Shown here piece by piece: positions 62,716 through 64,000 of a stretch of 64,000 bases of DNA (its first letter is position 1; the number at the start of each line of letters is the position of its first letter). The stretch is from Myxococcota bacterium (GTDB lineage: Bacteria; Myxococcota_A; Polyangia; Polyangiales; Houyiibacteriaceae), in contig JBCCEA010000020.1 of assembly GCA_039030515.1 (NCBI GenBank), forward strand, positions 1 through 64,000, written 5' to 3'. Position numbers and translations under genes: made by a program. Under the pieces are notes generated by a model, which was given only the letters and a program-made list of their open reading frames with translations, had not been told where the DNA came from and did not search any database.

Positions 62716-64000
62716 TTAACCCGCTTTTTTTCGCGCTTCTTGGCTTGCGCTGGAGACGATTTCCGCTGCTACCTTCAGCGATGCCTTGCCCACAAACTCG
62801 ATGCCGACCCGCCGACGCGACGGATCGACGTTACGCACTACCCCTCGAAGCTCAGGCGTCCCCTCGAATAAATCGAACCTCAACTTGACGGCTTCATCGA
62901 GCTCCAACTCGATATCGCCAACCTGCAAACCTATCCCTCCTCCGCTGATATCCTCCGCGAGAACGGGGGTATCGCCTGACTCACGTCGAAGCGTCACCTT
63001 CCAGTCGACACTCAGTCGGTCGTGTCTGCGAAGGTAGTGAGTCAGCTCTGCCGGCAACTGTGGAGACGAAGAACGCCGTTTCCGGCGAACCTGATCGTTG
63101 CTCGCGGGAGGAATCGTGCGTCGCCTCGCAGAGCGCAACTCGTCGACGTCCAGTTCGAAAACCTTTTCGACCAAACTATGAAAGAGCTCGGCGTCGGGAT
63201 CCTGCAGGCTGGCATCGAGGAGAAATGGCCTTCTACGGGTGACCGAACGGTGCACCTTAGGATTGGTGGTCATCGCCCCCCAAACGCTGAGTTCGCCCCA
63301 AAGAAAATCACTTACCATTCGTGACAGGGCGTGCAGGACGTTGATCTGCCCCTGGTGTTCAAGCTGATTGCCTACAACGCTCGCGCTGAAACCCTTGACC
63401 ACCCGGGTTAGCGCCGCAGAAAAATCAGGGTCTTCCCTGGCAACTCCGGCAACCAGTTCCGCCACCCTTTCCGTCTCTCGTCCGGTCGACGCTCCCTTAA
63501 GGATGTCCACCTCCTCGGAGTTGAGTGCGGTTTGACGCAGTGCCCGATACACCGCGCTTTTTTGAAACGCATAGGCGTTTTGCAGTGAGGTCAGCTGGGG
63601 TGTCACGACCAGCACCCGATGATCCGCAGCAACGAAGAAGTCCACGGTATTGAACGCCACGCCCGCACCGCAGTCGAGGATGATCAGATCCGCATCGAGA
63701 TTCTTAAAGTGTCGGATCAGCTTCTGCTTCTGCGCGTGAGGAAGGTTGGCCGCTCCGGGAACAGCACCCGCACCGGGGACGAGAAAGAGTCGAGGGACTC
63801 CGGTAGGGATCACCGCTTCCTCGAGACTCTTGATCTGCTTTTCAAGCAGTGCCTGCAAGGTGATGCCTGGACGATCGATCCCGAAAAGCGTGTGCTGGTT
63901 GGCTGCTCCCAAATCTACGTCAACGAGTACCGTGCGAAAGCCAGACTTCGCTGCGGCGATGGCCATGTTCGAAGCCACGACACTCTTTCCGACTCCGCCC
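62716..64000 (-). CDS. FlhG/MinD-like P-loop ATPase with C-terminal PilZ domain (5' end beyond the window)
   Basis: The window edge translates to GGVGKSVVASN; LVDVDLGAAN, ILDCGAG; C-terminal RRHDR and DISGGG. Confidence 0.85.
   Translation of the reverse strand, partial: GGVGKSVVASNMAIAAAKSGFRTVLVDVDLGAANQHTLFGIDRPGITLQALLEKQIKSLEEAVIPTGVPRLFLVPGAGAVPGAANLPHAQKQKLIRHFKNLDADLIILDCGAGVAFNTVDFFVAADHRVLVVTPQLTSLQNAYAFQKSAVYRALRQTALNSEEVDILKGASTGRETERVAELVAGVAREDPDFSAALTRVVKGFSASVVGNQLEHQGQINVLHALSRMVSDFLWGELSVWGAMTTNPKVHRSVTRRRPFLLDASLQDPDAELFHSLVEKVFELDVDELRSARRRTIPPASNDQVRRKRRSSSPQLPAELTHYLRRHDRLSVDWKVTLRRESGDTPVLAEDISGGGIGLQVGDIELELDEAVKLRFDLFEGTPELRGVVRNVDPSRRRVGIEFVGKASLKVAAEIVSSASQEARKKAG

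Overview
GC-rich bacterial chromosomal window, most likely from a myxobacterium (Myxococcota). This is inferred from a MYXO-CTERM-like tail on a DUF2330 protein, a TonB-domain-fused TonB-dependent receptor and many Cys-rich lipoproteins. Left edge: the 5' part of a T6SS tssM/icmF gene (not in the ORF track) and a tRNA-Arg(CCT). These are followed by a small, AT-richer, decayed island carrying a eukaryote-like RING-finger membrane protein, IS scars and a broken HTH/PIN toxin-antitoxin pair. Next come an exbB-exbD-tonB-TBDR-lipoprotein-RR-HK operon divergent from a spondin-domain lipoprotein, two tandem paralogues (one fibrinogen-like), a stand-alone EF-G and dapB-queA-tgt. A long minus-strand run follows (RND efflux, FecCD-type ABC importer, DegP-like protease, menB, sulfotransferase-like). 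The rest holds surface lipoproteins, a GT4, a deoxyhypusine-synthase-like gene, PAS kinases, nhaA, a crotonase, mepA, a diheme cytochrome fusion, the methylmalonyl-CoA mutase operon, a giant NlpC/P60 lipoprotein and a FlhG/MinD-PilZ gene cut by the right edge. Top observations: (1) the RING E3-like gene beside a T6SS gene; (2) a multicopy intergenic element with a conserved GA-rich/GTAC core closed by unrelated long stems at two loci; (3) an in-frame TAG inside the mutase large subunit; (4) recurrent 18-bp in-frame micro-duplications. All calls come from reading the sequence by eye; no searches were run.
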